A stretch of DNA of 64,000 nt from an uncultured Clostridia bacterium. GTDB lineage: Bacteria > Bacillota > Clostridia > Oscillospirales > UBA644. How positions within the stretch are numbered: the first letter of the stretch is position 1; each line of letters opens with the position of its first letter. This document shows positions 28,702 through 38,938 of the stretch, one piece after another. The position numbers and the translations under genes are program-made. The notes below the pieces were generated by a model. The model was not told the origin of the DNA, made no database searches, and was given only the letters and a program-made list of their open reading frames with translations. The stretch covers positions 13,881 through 77,880 of the forward strand of contig CAOJUB010000004.1 of the NCBI GenBank assembly GCA_948443805.1. The letters run 5' to 3'.

Positions 28702-29658
28702 TTAAACAAAATCGGTCTGATAATAAGGAACAATCATAAAGGTTTTTCCTTTCAGATATTCCAATCTTCCCGCCGGAGAAGTAAAGGAAAAAATCAGTTT
28801 ATAAGAAGACAAAACCTGATAACGAAACGGCATAGACCGGTTATTTTCTTCTTTTCCGTATTTCCCGTCTCCCACAAGCGGATGTCCGAGAAAAGCCATA
28901 TGAGCACGGATCTGATGTGTTCGTCCGGTATGCAATTCAATCTCCAGTTCAGAAATACCGGAAAATTCCCGAAGCACCTTATAGGAAGTAACGATTTTTT
29001 TATATTTTTTCTCTTTATCCTGTACCGGAAGCAGAAAAACATGATTTTCTTTCGCATTTTTTTTCAGATAAGCCGTTACCGTATCGCTTTTTTTCGGCAT
29101 ACGGCCAAAAACCAGGCACCGGTAAAATTTCTGAATTTCCCGATCCCGAATCTTCTCATTCAGTATCCGCAGCGAATCTGCATTTTTAGCAGCAATAACA
29201 ATACCGTGCGTATTTTTGTCAATTCGGTTGCAAAGAGCCGGCGAAAAGGTATTTTCTTCAGCAGGACGATATTCGCCTTTCTGATAAAGATATGATTTTA
29301 TATGATTCACCAGCGTGTTCCGGTTTTCCTTTTCATCACTCTGACAAAGAAGTCCGACAGGTTTTTCTGCCAGAAGAATGTTTTCATCCTCATAGACAAT
29401 ACCAAATGACGGATGAAGATCCAAAACTTCACGATCTGTTTTCCGGTCTTCAAAAAATTCGTCGCTGATATAAAAAGAGAGCTTGTCTCCAACAGAAAGA
29501 CGAAGTTCTGCCCGGTCAACACGAACACCGTTGATGCGGACGCACTTTTTTCTCAGATATTTATAAATCAACGCTTTCGGCATAGAACGGAAACGTTTTT
29601 CCATAAATTTATCAAGACGCTGTCCCGCGTCATTTTCCCGTACAATAATTTCCTGCAT
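28702..29658 (-). CDS. RluA-family pseudouridine synthase (RluD-like, with S4 domain)
   Basis: S4-like N-terminus, RIDKNTHGIV catalytic-Asp motif, HQIRAH motif. Start at ATG 29658 after GGAGG. Confidence 0.9.
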   Translation of the reverse strand: MQEIIVRENDAGQRLDKFMEKRFRSMPKALIYKYLRKKCVRINGVRVDRAELRLSVGDKLSFYISDEFFEDRKTDREVLDLHPSFGIVYEDENILLAEKPVGLLCQSDEKENRNTLVNHIKSYLYQKGEYRPAEENTFSPALCNRIDKNTHGIVIAAKNADSLRILNEKIRDREIQKFYRCLVFGRMPKKSDTVTAYLKKNAKENHVFLLPVQDKEKKYKKIVTSYKVLREFSGISELEIELHTGRTHQIRAHMAFLGHPLVGDGKYGKEENNRSMPFRYQVLSSYKLIFSFTSPAGRLEYLKGKTFMIVPYYQTDFV

Positions 29659-29749
29659 TTTTCCTCCGCCCGCCGAATGATTACCGATCCGAAACGACCA
29701 ATTCAACAATATATTTTTCTTTCTGAAACTATCTTACCCTAAAAATTAA

Positions 29750-29796
29750 AAAACCGCTCTGAAATCCGTTAAAGACGAATCAATCGGAGCGGTTTT
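29750..29796 (-). terminator. Hairpin terminator downstream of glucokinase
   Basis: AAAACCGCTC / GAGCGGTTTT stem with a large loop. On the minus strand it is followed by a T-rich run (TTAATTTTT). Confidence 0.55.
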
Positions 29797-29802
29797 CATT
29801 AT

Positions 29803-30747
29803 TCAGCGTCTATTCAGAGCTGCGCCGATAATTCCGGCATCATTACCAAGCGATGCAACGGCTAACCGTTGCTTGGGATTTCTCTCTCCCCCGTAAATAT
29901 AACGATCAATAAATGCCTGCAACGGTTTTAGCAATGATTCGCCTTCGTTACTAATTCCGCCTCCGATAATCAAAATTTCCGGCCGGAATATATTACAGAT
30001 ATCAGTCAAACCCTCCGCAATATATTCAATATAGGTGTCAACCACTTCCTGCGCCGCCTTATCTCCTTTTTTCGCTGCTTCAAATGCAGTTCTCCCGCTG
30101 ACCTTATCCAAAGTTGCGATTTGATTCATTTCCGAATCCGGATGCGCTTTCATTGCTGCGCTGGTCTGGCGAATCAGCGCCGTAGCAGAGGCATAGGCCT
30201 CCCAGCAGCCATTTCGTCCGCAGGAACATTTTTCTCCGCCGTGCTGAATGCAGATATGCCCCAATTCCGCCCCGGCGGAATATTCACCTTCATAGATTTT
30301 CTTATCAATAACAATACCGCCGCCAACGCCTGTTCCAAGCGTAATCATAACCACATTGGAATAGCCCTTTCCCGCTCCGGCAAGAACTTCGCCAAGAGCC
30401 GCAACATTGGCGTCGTTTCCGACATAAACAGGTTTATCGATATAACGCTGCATCATCTCCCGCAGAGGAATATTTTTCCCGTACGCAAAATTATTTGCGT
30501 ATACCAAAGTTCCGGAATCCGAATTAATATTCCCCGGAGAACCGATTCCGATCGACTTTACATCCTCCAAAGAAATCGAATTTTCTTCCAAAAGAAGTTT
30601 TATGCAATTCGCCATATCTTTGATAATCTCTTCAAACGGTCTTTCCGCAGCTGTTTTAAAAGACTTTTTCGCCGTGATTTTTCCTTCTTCGGTAACAATG
30701 CCGATCGCTACGTTCGTACCTCCGAGATCAACGCCTATATAATACAT
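29803..30747 (-). CDS. glcK: ROK-family glucokinase
   Basis: GVDLGGTN N-terminus and the ROK zinc motif CSCGRNGCWE. Confidence 0.9.
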   Translation of the reverse strand: MYYIGVDLGGTNVAIGIVTEEGKITAKKSFKTAAERPFEEIIKDMANCIKLLLEENSISLEDVKSIGIGSPGNINSDSGTLVYANNFAYGKNIPLREMMQRYIDKPVYVGNDANVAALGEVLAGAGKGYSNVVMITLGTGVGGGIVIDKKIYEGEYSAGAELGHICIQHGGEKCSCGRNGCWEAYASATALIRQTSAAMKAHPDSEMNQIATLDKVSGRTAFEAAKKGDKAAQEVVDTYIEYIAEGLTDICNIFRPEILIIGGGISNEGESLLKPLQAFIDRYIYGGERNPKQRLAVASLGNDAGIIGAALNRR

Positions 30748-30815
30748 GATTCAACAAACATTCCTTTCTCTCAGAAACAATTATTTTCCGAAATTTTCAT
30801 TTTCATCTATTATGT

Positions 30816-30844
30816 ATCATAGCATATTTTCTTTTCATTGTCAA
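30816..30844 (-). promoter_or_regulatory. Sigma-A-type promoter TTGACA-17-TATGAT with extended TG
   Basis: Read on the minus strand about 70 nt upstream of glcK. Confidence 0.6.
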
Positions 30845-31039
30845 TATAAAAAAATGAATTATTTCAAAACAGAAATGCAACGATTTCCTATTCTCAATTT
30901 ATGCAAAGAACAATCTCCAATGTTCCTTTTGCAAAAAGTACGGTAACGGATAGGCAGTCCAGCAAAAAAACGTCTCTACTTCAAGAAAAAAATGTCAATC
31001 AAAATAATTGAACAAATTTTGAATTATAAAAAAGAGCTA

Positions 31040-31068
31040 TTCAATTGTTTCCTTTTTTATGGTATAAT
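31040..31068 (+). promoter_or_regulatory. Extended -10 promoter (TGgTATAAT) with weak -35 TTCAAT
   Basis: Read directly. It would give a ~130-nt leader before the DUF368 gene. Confidence 0.45.
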
Positions 31069-31205
31069 ATAAATGTGGAAAATTTTGTAAAGCACGGCTG
31101 CGGCATAGAGTCATATAACACTTCGCCAGCTGTGCATAGAAAAATTCATTAGATAACAATCATAATAATAAGCCATTTTATATGATTCATTCAGGAGATT
31201 TCATT

Positions 31206-32069
31206 ATGAAAATAAAAAACTTATTACTGGAAGCACTAAAAGGCAGCGCAACAGGCGCCTCCATGCTGGTTCCCGGCGTCAGCGGCGGAACCATGGCGTT
31301 GCTGATGGGATTTTACGACAAACTTCTTGACGCTACCGGTTCTTTTTTCAAAAATCCGAAAAAGAACAGCCTGACGCTGCTTTTTTACATATGTTTTGTC
31401 GGCTTGGGATTTATCCTTTTCTCTAACGTTATGTCATTTCTTTTAAATACTATCGGACAACCGATGTATTTATTTTTTATCGGAACAATTCTGTGCAGTA
31501 TTCCATTTCTTGTCAAGAAAGCCGGTATTTCCGTTTTAAAAGGGACGGATTTTCTGTTTACTGTTGCCGGTATTCTTTTTGTCGTGCTGTTGTCGGTGCT
31601 TCCGGAAGGAATTTTAAATTATGCGGAAGCCTCCGGTCCGATGAAAGCAGTTGCGCTGTTCGCTTCGGGAATTCTGATCGCGATTGCGTTGGTTCTTCCC
31701 GGCGTTTCCCTTTCTCACATTTTATTGGTTCTTGGAATTTATGAGACGATTCTGGAAGCTGTCAAAAACTTTGATCTGAAATTTCTTCTTCCCATTGGCA
31801 TATTCTCTCTGATCGGCGTTCTTGTGGTTGTAAAAGGGCTGGATCTCGCCATGAAAAAATTCACCAAACAGACTTTTATGACGATCATTGGCTTTATCAT
31901 CGCATCGTCGGTAGATATCTTCATAAAAAATATATCCGCAGAACCGCCGGCTGGCATAACGGTTTTTTACTGTATTCTGGCCTTTCTTCTCGGCGGAGGA
32001 ATGACATTTATACTTTCCTCTTTCTCTCAAAAAACAAAATCGGCAAAGGAGGCTGAAAATCATGGCTAA
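31206..32069 (+). CDS. DUF368-family membrane protein (family implicated in polyprenyl-phosphate translocation)
   Basis: VPGVSGGTMALLMG and LPGVSLSHILL repeat motifs typical of DUF368. ATG 31206 lies 8 nt after AGGAG. Confidence 0.8.
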   Translation: MKIKNLLLEALKGSATGASMLVPGVSGGTMALLMGFYDKLLDATGSFFKNPKKNSLTLLFYICFVGLGFILFSNVMSFLLNTIGQPMYLFFIGTILCSIPFLVKKAGISVLKGTDFLFTVAGILFVVLLSVLPEGILNYAEASGPMKAVALFASGILIAIALVLPGVSLSHILLVLGIYETILEAVKNFDLKFLLPIGIFSLIGVLVVVKGLDLAMKKFTKQTFMTIIGFIIASSVDIFIKNISAEPPAGITVFYCILAFLLGGGMTFILSSFSQKTKSAKEAENHG

Positions 32070-33435
32070 ATCAAAAAAAGACTTGATTGAAATCACCCCG
32101 CAGATTCTCGAATATATTGAAATTTTCAAAGAAACCACAACCATTGATCCTGCACTTTATAAAAAATACGATGTGAAACGCGGACTTCGGGACATCAATG
32201 GAAAAGGGGTCGTCACCGGACTAACGGAGATATCGGAAATCAAATCGTTTGAAAAAGTCGGCGATGAAATGGTTCCCTGCGAAGGAGAATTATATTATCG
32301 GGGCGTAAATGTTGAAGATATTGTCAACGGTTTTCTGAAAGACGACCGGTTTGGGTTTGAGGAAGTAACGTATCTTCTTTTATTCGGAAAACTTCCGAAT
32401 AAAAAGCAATTAAAAGCCTTTGAAAAACTGATTGCCAAATACCGGAGCCTTCCCCCCTCTTTTGTACGCGATATTATCATGAAAGCGCCGGGAAAAGACA
32501 TGATGAATATCCTTCAGCGCAGCGTGCTGACTCTTTATGCCTATGACGACAAGGCGGATGATGTTTCCCTGCCGAATGTGCTGCGGCAGGAATTACAGCT
32601 GATTTCTCAGATTCCGCTGCTATCGGTTTACGGCTATCAGGCTTATTCCTACTATCACGGTAAAAAAAGTCTCTTTATTCAGCAACCGAAACCAAGCCTT
32701 TCAACCGCAGAAAATATCCTGTCGCTTCTCCGCGCCGATGGGAAATATTCAGCGTTAGAAGCGAAAATTCTCGATCTGGCGCTTGTTCTTCATGCCGAAC
32801 ACGGCGGCGGAAACAACTCGACCTTTACCACACATGTAGTAACCTCCTCCGGTACGGATTCCTATTCGGTCGCAGCAGCTTCTCTGGGTTCGCTAAAAGG
32901 ACCCAAGCACGGCGGCGCGAATGTGAAGGTTGTGGAAATGATTGAAAACATCAAAGACAACCTTTCAGATTATGAAGACGAAGATGAAATCAAAGCCTAT
33001 CTTTCTAAAATTCTTAACAGAGAAGTGTTTGACAAAGCAGGATTAATCTACGGCATGGGACACGCTGTTTATTCTATTTCCGACCCGCGGGCCAATATTT
33101 TCAAGGGATTTGTTGAAAAACTTTCTCAGGAAAAAGGATTGGAAAAAGAATACCGTCTTTGCGCCCTGATTGAAAAACTGGCGCCGGAAGTAATTGCAAA
33201 AGAACGGCATATTTATAAGGGCGTCAGCGCAAATATTGATTTTTACAGCGGTTTTGTTTACAACATGCTTAATCTGCCGAAAGAATTATTCACCCCGCTT
33301 TTTGCAATAGCAAGAAGCGCCGGCTGGGCGGCACACCGGATGGAAGAACTTCTGACTGCCGGAAAAATTATCCGTCCGGCATATCAGAGCATTGCCTCTA
33401 AAAAAGAATATATTCCGATCGACCAGCGAATCTAA
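32062..33435 (+). CDS. Citrate synthase
   Basis: Catalytic-site motifs LHAEHGGGNNSTF, GPKHGGA and GMGHAVY. 8-nt overlap with the DUF368 gene. Confidence 0.93.
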   Translation: MAKSKKDLIEITPQILEYIEIFKETTTIDPALYKKYDVKRGLRDINGKGVVTGLTEISEIKSFEKVGDEMVPCEGELYYRGVNVEDIVNGFLKDDRFGFEEVTYLLLFGKLPNKKQLKAFEKLIAKYRSLPPSFVRDIIMKAPGKDMMNILQRSVLTLYAYDDKADDVSLPNVLRQELQLISQIPLLSVYGYQAYSYYHGKKSLFIQQPKPSLSTAENILSLLRADGKYSALEAKILDLALVLHAEHGGGNNSTFTTHVVTSSGTDSYSVAAASLGSLKGPKHGGANVKVVEMIENIKDNLSDYEDEDEIKAYLSKILNREVFDKAGLIYGMGHAVYSISDPRANIFKGFVEKLSQEKGLEKEYRLCALIEKLAPEVIAKERHIYKGVSANIDFYSGFVYNMLNLPKELFTPLFAIARSAGWAAHRMEELLTAGKIIRPAYQSIASKKEYIPIDQRI

Positions 33436-33446
33436 AATAGAGTATA

Positions 33447-33479
33447 CAAAAAACCGGAGTTGAAAAACTCCGGTTTTTA
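33447..33479. terminator. Bidirectional rho-independent terminator
   Basis: ACCGGAGT / ACTCCGGT stem flanked by an A-run and a T-run. Confidence 0.85.
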
Positions 33480-33490
33480 TCAATTATTTC

Positions 33491-34084
33491 TTATTCTTTA
33501 TTGCGTGACACCGCTTTAATAATCTGTGATATTGCCGGGGAAAAAACAAGATTAACCCCCAGTTCAATCAGAAAATTGATGCCCGTAAGTCCTACAATCA
33601 TATAGGACAGGATATCTGTCGAACCGGCCCATGCAGAAAGAATATCACGAAAAACCGTGGACATGAAAAGAAGAAAAATACCGGTATTAACCACAGGACA
33701 AACAATAGCGGCGGCAAATGTCGCGCCTAACGAATTCCATTTTTTCAATCCCTGAAAACAAAGTCCGGAAATCAATCCTGCGGCAATGCCCTTCAAAAGA
33801 CAGACCACAGCGGTCAAAAACGGATTTGCCAGCCAAAGAATATTTCCGCCTGCATCCGCGCCGATGATACAGGCGATAAGTACGACTGCACCAAAAACGC
33901 CGCCTAAAAAAGCGCTTTCTTTCGGGCTGAAAAGCACGCCGGCCAGAACAATCGGAATCAGAACCAAAGAAAGGTTAAAAGTTCCGATTTTGATAGAATA
34001 GCTGATAACCTGCAATACTACGACGATTGCAGATAAAACCGCCATCTGCGCCATTTTGGTTGTTTTACTTTTTGTGTTTGCCAT
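33491..34084 (-). CDS. ECF-transporter S component (putative pantothenate-specific, PanT-like)
   Basis: 197 aa and about six TM helices, with S-component-like sequence. AAGGAGG RBS. The substrate guess rests only on the position downstream of coaX. Confidence 0.7.
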   Translation of the reverse strand: MANTKSKTTKMAQMAVLSAIVVVLQVISYSIKIGTFNLSLVLIPIVLAGVLFSPKESAFLGGVFGAVVLIACIIGADAGGNILWLANPFLTAVVCLLKGIAAGLISGLCFQGLKKWNSLGATFAAAIVCPVVNTGIFLLFMSTVFRDILSAWAGSTDILSYMIVGLTGINFLIELGVNLVFSPAISQIIKAVSRNKE

Positions 34085-34186
34085 AAGGCAAGCCTCCTTA
34101 CTGCCGTTTCCTCTTAAATGGGAATACAGCGCAAAATTTATTTACAAAAGACATTGCGATACCGTTCAAAAAGATACAGCCCGCCG

Positions 34187-34963
34187 TCAATTTGTACAGT
34201 TTTTCAAATAAATAGAATAAAGCCCTTCATTTGTCAGATGAGAATTGAAAATCATTCGATTCCGGCAAAACGGAATAATCAGTTCCCCCATTCCTCCGGT
34301 GGCTACCGCCGTTATTTCCGGAACGGAATATTCTTTTCGGAACCAATCAATAAACCCATCTACAGCAAATGCATTGCCGTAAACAATACCGGTATTGACG
34401 CTGGTTCCCGTATTTTTTCCGCTGATGTATTTCGGCGGGAACAAAGGAACGCACGGAATTTCGGCAGCATCCTGAATCAGGGCATTCAGTGAAGAAACGA
34501 TGCCTGGAAGAATAAAGACATCGGTAAGCTGTTGTTTTTTATTGATTCCAACAATCGTCGTTGCTGTTCCGAAATCAACGACAACCGAAGGCGAAGAAGA
34601 TATTTTTATTGCCGCAACGGAATTGGCAACGATATCGGAGCCGACCTCTCCCGGCCGATCCGTTTTGATATCCAAAGAAGTTTTTATCCCTGCCCCCACA
34701 ACCAAAGAGGAAATAGCGGTCAGTTTCCATACCGCACGGCTGATTACTTCTGTAAGCCCCGGAACAACAGAACCGATAATGCTTCCGGTAATCTCTGAAT
34801 ACGGGAATCCATTCAGATCAAAAAGATTTTTTAAGATAACAACATATTCATCATCGCTTTTTTTTCGGTCGCAGGCTACGGTAAAAAATAATTTTCCTTC
34901 GCTATCTAACGAATAAAGCCCAACCGAAATATTGGTATTTCCGATATTGACCGTCAAAATCAT
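34187..34963 (-). CDS. coaX: Type III pantothenate kinase
   Basis: MILTVNIGNTN N-terminus, DFGTATT and ATGG motifs. Confidence 0.93.
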   Translation of the reverse strand: MILTVNIGNTNISVGLYSLDSEGKLFFTVACDRKKSDDEYVVILKNLFDLNGFPYSEITGSIIGSVVPGLTEVISRAVWKLTAISSLVVGAGIKTSLDIKTDRPGEVGSDIVANSVAAIKISSSPSVVVDFGTATTIVGINKKQQLTDVFILPGIVSSLNALIQDAAEIPCVPLFPPKYISGKNTGTSVNTGIVYGNAFAVDGFIDWFRKEYSVPEITAVATGGMGELIIPFCRNRMIFNSHLTNEGLYSIYLKNCTN

Positions 34964-35029
34964 AAAAAGTTTCCTATCTGAAAGCTATGGATTTAAACAA
35001 TGCACTTCTGCAGTTTTCTTTTGCATTCC

Positions 35030-35581
35030 TTATTTTATATGACCGTTTGCGTCAAACAGCGGTAGTTTTTCCAGATACAGAATATCATCCCGGTCGGCTG
35101 CCTGTCCTTCTGCCATTACCGTCATTTTCCCAACAATATTGCCGCCGGCTTTTTCCACTAATTTCTCAAGCGCAACCAACGATTCTCCGGTTGAAATCAC
35201 ATCATCGACAATCAATATCCGCTTTCCCTTCATTTTTTCCGCTTCGGCAACATCCAGATAGAGCTTTTGTATTTTATCTGTCGTGATCGAACGAACCTCT
35301 ACCTCAAAAACCCCGGTCATATAAAGCTTCGGATATTTCCGTGCAATAAAATAAGTTTCGTCCTGATTCTGCCTCGCCATCTCATGAGCCAAAGGAATCC
35401 CTTTTGCCTCCGCCGTGATCAAATAGTCATAGGCGGGCGCTTTTTTAAGCAGATCTCTGGCGCAGGCCACCGTCAGCGGCGCATTTCCAAAAAGAATAAA
35501 GGCGCCGATATAAAGATCTTCCTCCAACTTGCAGAGAGGAAGCGAACAATCGATCCCTGCAATTTTTGTTTTATACTCCAT
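35030..35581 (-). CDS. Phosphoribosyltransferase-family protein (purine PRT-like)
   Basis: PRPP-binding loop ILIVDDVISTGES. Confidence 0.8.
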   Translation of the reverse strand: MEYKTKIAGIDCSLPLCKLEEDLYIGAFILFGNAPLTVACARDLLKKAPAYDYLITAEAKGIPLAHEMARQNQDETYFIARKYPKLYMTGVFEVEVRSITTDKIQKLYLDVAEAEKMKGKRILIVDDVISTGESLVALEKLVEKAGGNIVGKMTVMAEGQAADRDDILYLEKLPLFDANGHIK

Positions 35582-35731
35582 ATATATTCCTCCAACCGTA
35601 CCGGAGAGTTATCTGATCATCGATCAATCCATCGGTCCGAAAATGATAGAATTTAGTTTATTTTAACACAAAAACAGAGAAATGTCAAGATTGTCAATTT
35701 GTAAAAAAAATCCAAACTGCATTCTTTTTTC

Positions 35732-35760
35732 TTGCAATTGAAGGCCATTTCCTGTATAAT
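35732..35760 (+). promoter_or_regulatory. Near-consensus sigma-A promoter TTGCAA-17-TATAAT
   Basis: Read directly. It lies inside the 5' end of the track ORF, which argues for the downstream ATG at 35813. Confidence 0.65.
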
Positions 35761-35812
35761 AAAAACAAACCTAAAAAATCTTACTTTTATAATTACACAG
35801 GAGAAAATTAGG

Positions 35813-36628
35813 ATGGCTGATACCGAAAATATATTTCTTGACAACGCAAAGCGATGGCATTTTCAAGAAATCCAAGAAATTATAAAGACAGCAGAAGATT
35901 ATTTTTTTGACGTTGTAGATCCTTCCAGGGAACAAGATTATAACTATATCCTAAACGAACAGTTTACCTCCGCGGCGCTTTATGCAAAAGAAATTCTGAC
36001 ATTGCTTTATAACGGATTCCCGGATGGCGCCATGTCATTAGCTAAAAATCTTTATGAAAATATGATTCTTCTCTGTTTTTTTGAAAAACATAAGGAAGAT
36101 GATGAATTGATTCTCCGGTATTTTGACGATCGAAAAATCAAAGCGCTTTCAGATAGCATTTCTTTATACCGTTTTCTCGAAACAGGAACAAGCAATCCGG
36201 AAATCCGTTCCGGAATCAGCCAGATGAATCATGAACGGAAAAAAAGTTATCTGCAGTATAAAAAGAAATATTCAGAATTATTAAACGGCCAAGCCTTCCG
36301 GCCGTATTGGTGGATCGGAGATTTAGCCGACAGCTGTTCATTCGGTTCTATCCATAAACAAAGTATTTGGTATGACAGTATTTTCCGATATCTTTATGAA
36401 ACAGCATCTGGACAGATTCACACAGGAAATTTTTCAAAAGAAGACGATAGCAATGAAAGGAAAACCGATCCCCAAACTGAAGGGTATCAAATCCCCATAT
36501 GTTTTTTCCTGACAGCTTTTGAAAATATCTGTCATATTGTTTTTTCCAATTATGAAATTGAACATAGCGATATTCAAAAAAATATCAAAAAAATCACCGC
36601 GCCGATTTTTTCTGAAATCTGGAAATAA
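35813..36628 (+). CDS. Hypothetical helical protein (271 aa; possibly DUF5677-like)
   Basis: ATG 35813 follows AGGAG at 35798-35802. No confident family assignment. Confidence 0.7.
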   Translation: MADTENIFLDNAKRWHFQEIQEIIKTAEDYFFDVVDPSREQDYNYILNEQFTSAALYAKEILTLLYNGFPDGAMSLAKNLYENMILLCFFEKHKEDDELILRYFDDRKIKALSDSISLYRFLETGTSNPEIRSGISQMNHERKKSYLQYKKKYSELLNGQAFRPYWWIGDLADSCSFGSIHKQSIWYDSIFRYLYETASGQIHTGNFSKEDDSNERKTDPQTEGYQIPICFFLTAFENICHIVFSNYEIEHSDIQKNIKKITAPIFSEIWK

Positions 36629-36645
36629 ATCCTGTTCGCAAAAAT

Positions 36646-36691
36646 AAAAAGCGCCTGCTTCTTCCCTTTCGGATACCGGCAGGCGCTTTTT
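36646..36691. terminator. Bidirectional rho-independent terminator
   Basis: GCGCCTGC / GCAGGCGC stem flanked by A5 and T5. Confidence 0.85.
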
Positions 36692-36707
36692 GTTTTATGA
36701 TTTCAAT

Positions 36708-37472
36708 TTATTTTGCAGCGGCAACAATAATACCAAAATCTTCTGTTTTTAAAGATGCGCCGCCGATCAAGCCGCCGTCGACATGATATTTGCTGAGAAG
36801 CTCTTTTGCATTCTTTGCGTTCATCGAACCGCCGTACTGAATCGTTGTCGCTTCAGCAACGCCCTGATTATATAAATCGGCAATAGTCTGACGGATAATG
36901 CCGCAGACTTCATCTGCCTGATCGGCAGTTGCAGTTTTACCGGTGCCGATCGCCCAAACAGGTTCGTAGGCAATAACAATATTTTTCAAATCTTCAGCCG
37001 AAACATCTTTCAAAGCAACCTTTGTCTGAAGCGAACAGACTTCGGCAGTGATTCCCTGTTCCCGCTGTTCCAGATGCTCCCCGACACAAATAATCGGTTT
37101 CAGCCCGGCAGCCAAAGCGGCATGAACTTTTTTATTTACCGTAACATCGGTTTCAGCAAAATACTGTCTTCTTTCACTGTGGCCGATAATGACATAATCC
37201 ACACCAAGATCAATCAGCATATCAGCAGAAATTTCGCCGGTAAATGCGCCCGATTTTTCGAAATGAAGATTTTCTGCACCGACCTTAATATTCGTGCCTT
37301 TTGCTGCAGCAACGGCATTCTGAAGGTCAACAAACGGAACGCAAACAACAACTTCGCAATCTGCATCCTGAACCGCATTCTTCAACTCTCCGAGAAACTC
37401 CGTAGTCTCAGAAGGAGTTTTATTCATTTTCCAGTTTCCGGCAATAATCGTTTTTCTTACAGCTTTGTTCAT
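36708..37472 (-). CDS. tpiA: Triose-phosphate isomerase
   Basis: [25 protein letters not shown]. Confidence 0.97.
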   Translation of the reverse strand: MNKAVRKTIIAGNWKMNKTPSETTEFLGELKNAVQDADCEVVVCVPFVDLQNAVAAAKGTNIKVGAENLHFEKSGAFTGEISADMLIDLGVDYVIIGHSERRQYFAETDVTVNKKVHAALAAGLKPIICVGEHLEQREQGITAEVCSLQTKVALKDVSAEDLKNIVIAYEPVWAIGTGKTATADQADEVCGIIRQTIADLYNQGVAEATTIQYGGSMNAKNAKELLSKYHVDGGLIGGASLKTEDFGIIVAAAK

Positions 37473-37532
37473 TTTTTAATCTCCTCACTTATAACAGGGG
37501 CGCCATTCGGCGCCCCGTATCAAATTTTTGAT

Positions 37533-38723
37533 TTATTTGTCTTCCAGACAAGCAATGCCGGGAAGTTCCAGCCCTTCCAGGAATTCAAGCGAAGCGCCGC
37601 CGCCTGTGGAAATATGCGTCATTTTGTCAGCAAAACCAAGATTTTCAATCGCCGCCGCCGAATCGCCGCCGCCGATAATCGAAACCGATCCGCTTTCCGC
37701 TACAGCCGTAGCGACAGCCTTTGTACCATTTGCAAATTTTTCCCATTCAGATACACCCATCGGCCCGTTCCAGACAACCGTTCCCGCACCTTTGATCGCA
37801 TCGGAAAACAGCTTTTCTGTTTTCGGTCCGATATCCAGCCCCATATAACCATCGGGAATATTATCGGAATCAACAAGGATATCATGGCAATCAGGCGCAT
37901 ATTTATCACCGGCACGGTTATCCACCGGCAACAGGAATTTCACACCTTTCGCCTCGGCTTTCGCCATCAGCTCTTTGGCAAGCTCCAGTTTGTCTTCTTC
38001 ACAAATGGAATCAGCAATGGCATAACCGTTTGCTTTATTAAAGGTATAGGCCATACCGCCGCCGACAATCAGCGTATCGACTTTGTCGATCAGGTTGTTA
38101 ATAACGCCAATTTTATCCGAAACTTTCGCCCCGCCCAAAATTGCAACAAAAGGTCTGGCAGGATTAGAAAGCGCTTTGCCCATAATTTCAATTTCTTTCT
38201 GAATCAGATAACCGCAAACAGAAGGCAGATAATGAGAAACCCCTTCCGTAGACGCATGAGCGCGGTGTGCGGTACCGAAAGCATCGTTTACATAAATTTC
38301 CGCAAGAGAAGCAAGCTCTTTTGCAAATTCCGGATCGTTCTTTTCTTCTTCTTTATGGAACCGGACGTTTTCGATAATCAGAACATCTCCGTCTTTCAAT
38401 GCTGCCGCTTTGGCTTTTGCATCGGCGCCGATTACATCATCAGCCATCTGCACTTCTTTTCCAAGTTTTGCAGAAAGGGCTTTTGCCACAGGCTTCAGCG
38501 AAAATTTTGCCTCAGGACCGTTCTTCGGACGGCCAAGATGAGAACAGAGAATTACTTTTGCATGATGATCAACCAGATACTGAATTGTGGGAAGGGCGCC
38601 GTTAATCCGGTTTTCATCCGTAATATTAAGATCCGCATCCAACGGAACGTTAAAATCACATCTTACAAGAACCTTTTTGCCGGAAACATCAATGTCTTCA
38701 ACACTTTTTTTGTTGTAGTTCAT
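37533..38723 (-). CDS. pgk: Phosphoglycerate kinase
   Basis: RCDFNVP, SHLGRP, GGGDS. Confidence 0.97.
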   Translation of the reverse strand: MNYNKKSVEDIDVSGKKVLVRCDFNVPLDADLNITDENRINGALPTIQYLVDHHAKVILCSHLGRPKNGPEAKFSLKPVAKALSAKLGKEVQMADDVIGADAKAKAAALKDGDVLIIENVRFHKEEEKNDPEFAKELASLAEIYVNDAFGTAHRAHASTEGVSHYLPSVCGYLIQKEIEIMGKALSNPARPFVAILGGAKVSDKIGVINNLIDKVDTLIVGGGMAYTFNKANGYAIADSICEEDKLELAKELMAKAEAKGVKFLLPVDNRAGDKYAPDCHDILVDSDNIPDGYMGLDIGPKTEKLFSDAIKGAGTVVWNGPMGVSEWEKFANGTKAVATAVAESGSVSIIGGGDSAAAIENLGFADKMTHISTGGGASLEFLEGLELPGIACLEDK

Positions 38724-38859
38724 TTTGCTAACTCCTTATATGAAATATTTTATATTTTATTTACCAGCCATATTATACCTGTAATTTCAGGATATTTCAA
38801 GTGTTGTTGCAAGAGTTTTCTATTTTTTTAACAATGATTTCAAATTTACCTCTCCCCGG

Positions 38860-38888
38860 TTGATTTTCGCAAAGGACTATGTTATAAT
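38860..38888 (+). promoter_or_regulatory. Sigma-A-type promoter TTGATT-17-TATAAT with extended TG
   Basis: Read directly upstream of the GNAT gene. Confidence 0.6.
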
Positions 38889-38938
38889 TATGGAAGAAAA
38901 TCCGGTTTCTGAAAGCAGGAACCCACGTAGGAGAGAAT

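Noticed and set aside
31092-31135. Hairpin (GCACGGCTG…CAGCTGTGC) in the ~130-nt leader of the DUF368-citrate synthase operon, as a possible riboswitch
   Set aside because: It is only a 9-bp stem with one G-U pair and a 26-nt loop. No conserved riboswitch core that I recognise is present, and no terminator/antiterminator alternative is evident.
37074-38831. 585-aa ORF antisense to tpiA and pgk, spanning their intergenic gap
   Set aside because: Its length is striking, but it is the mirror frame of two highly conserved glycolytic genes. The sequence is repetitive (R/F/N/I), with no start context or family match. The same reasoning rejects the antisense ORFs at 27396-27977, 28693-29295, 30121-30822, 53102-53659, 54783-55385 and 59070-59687.
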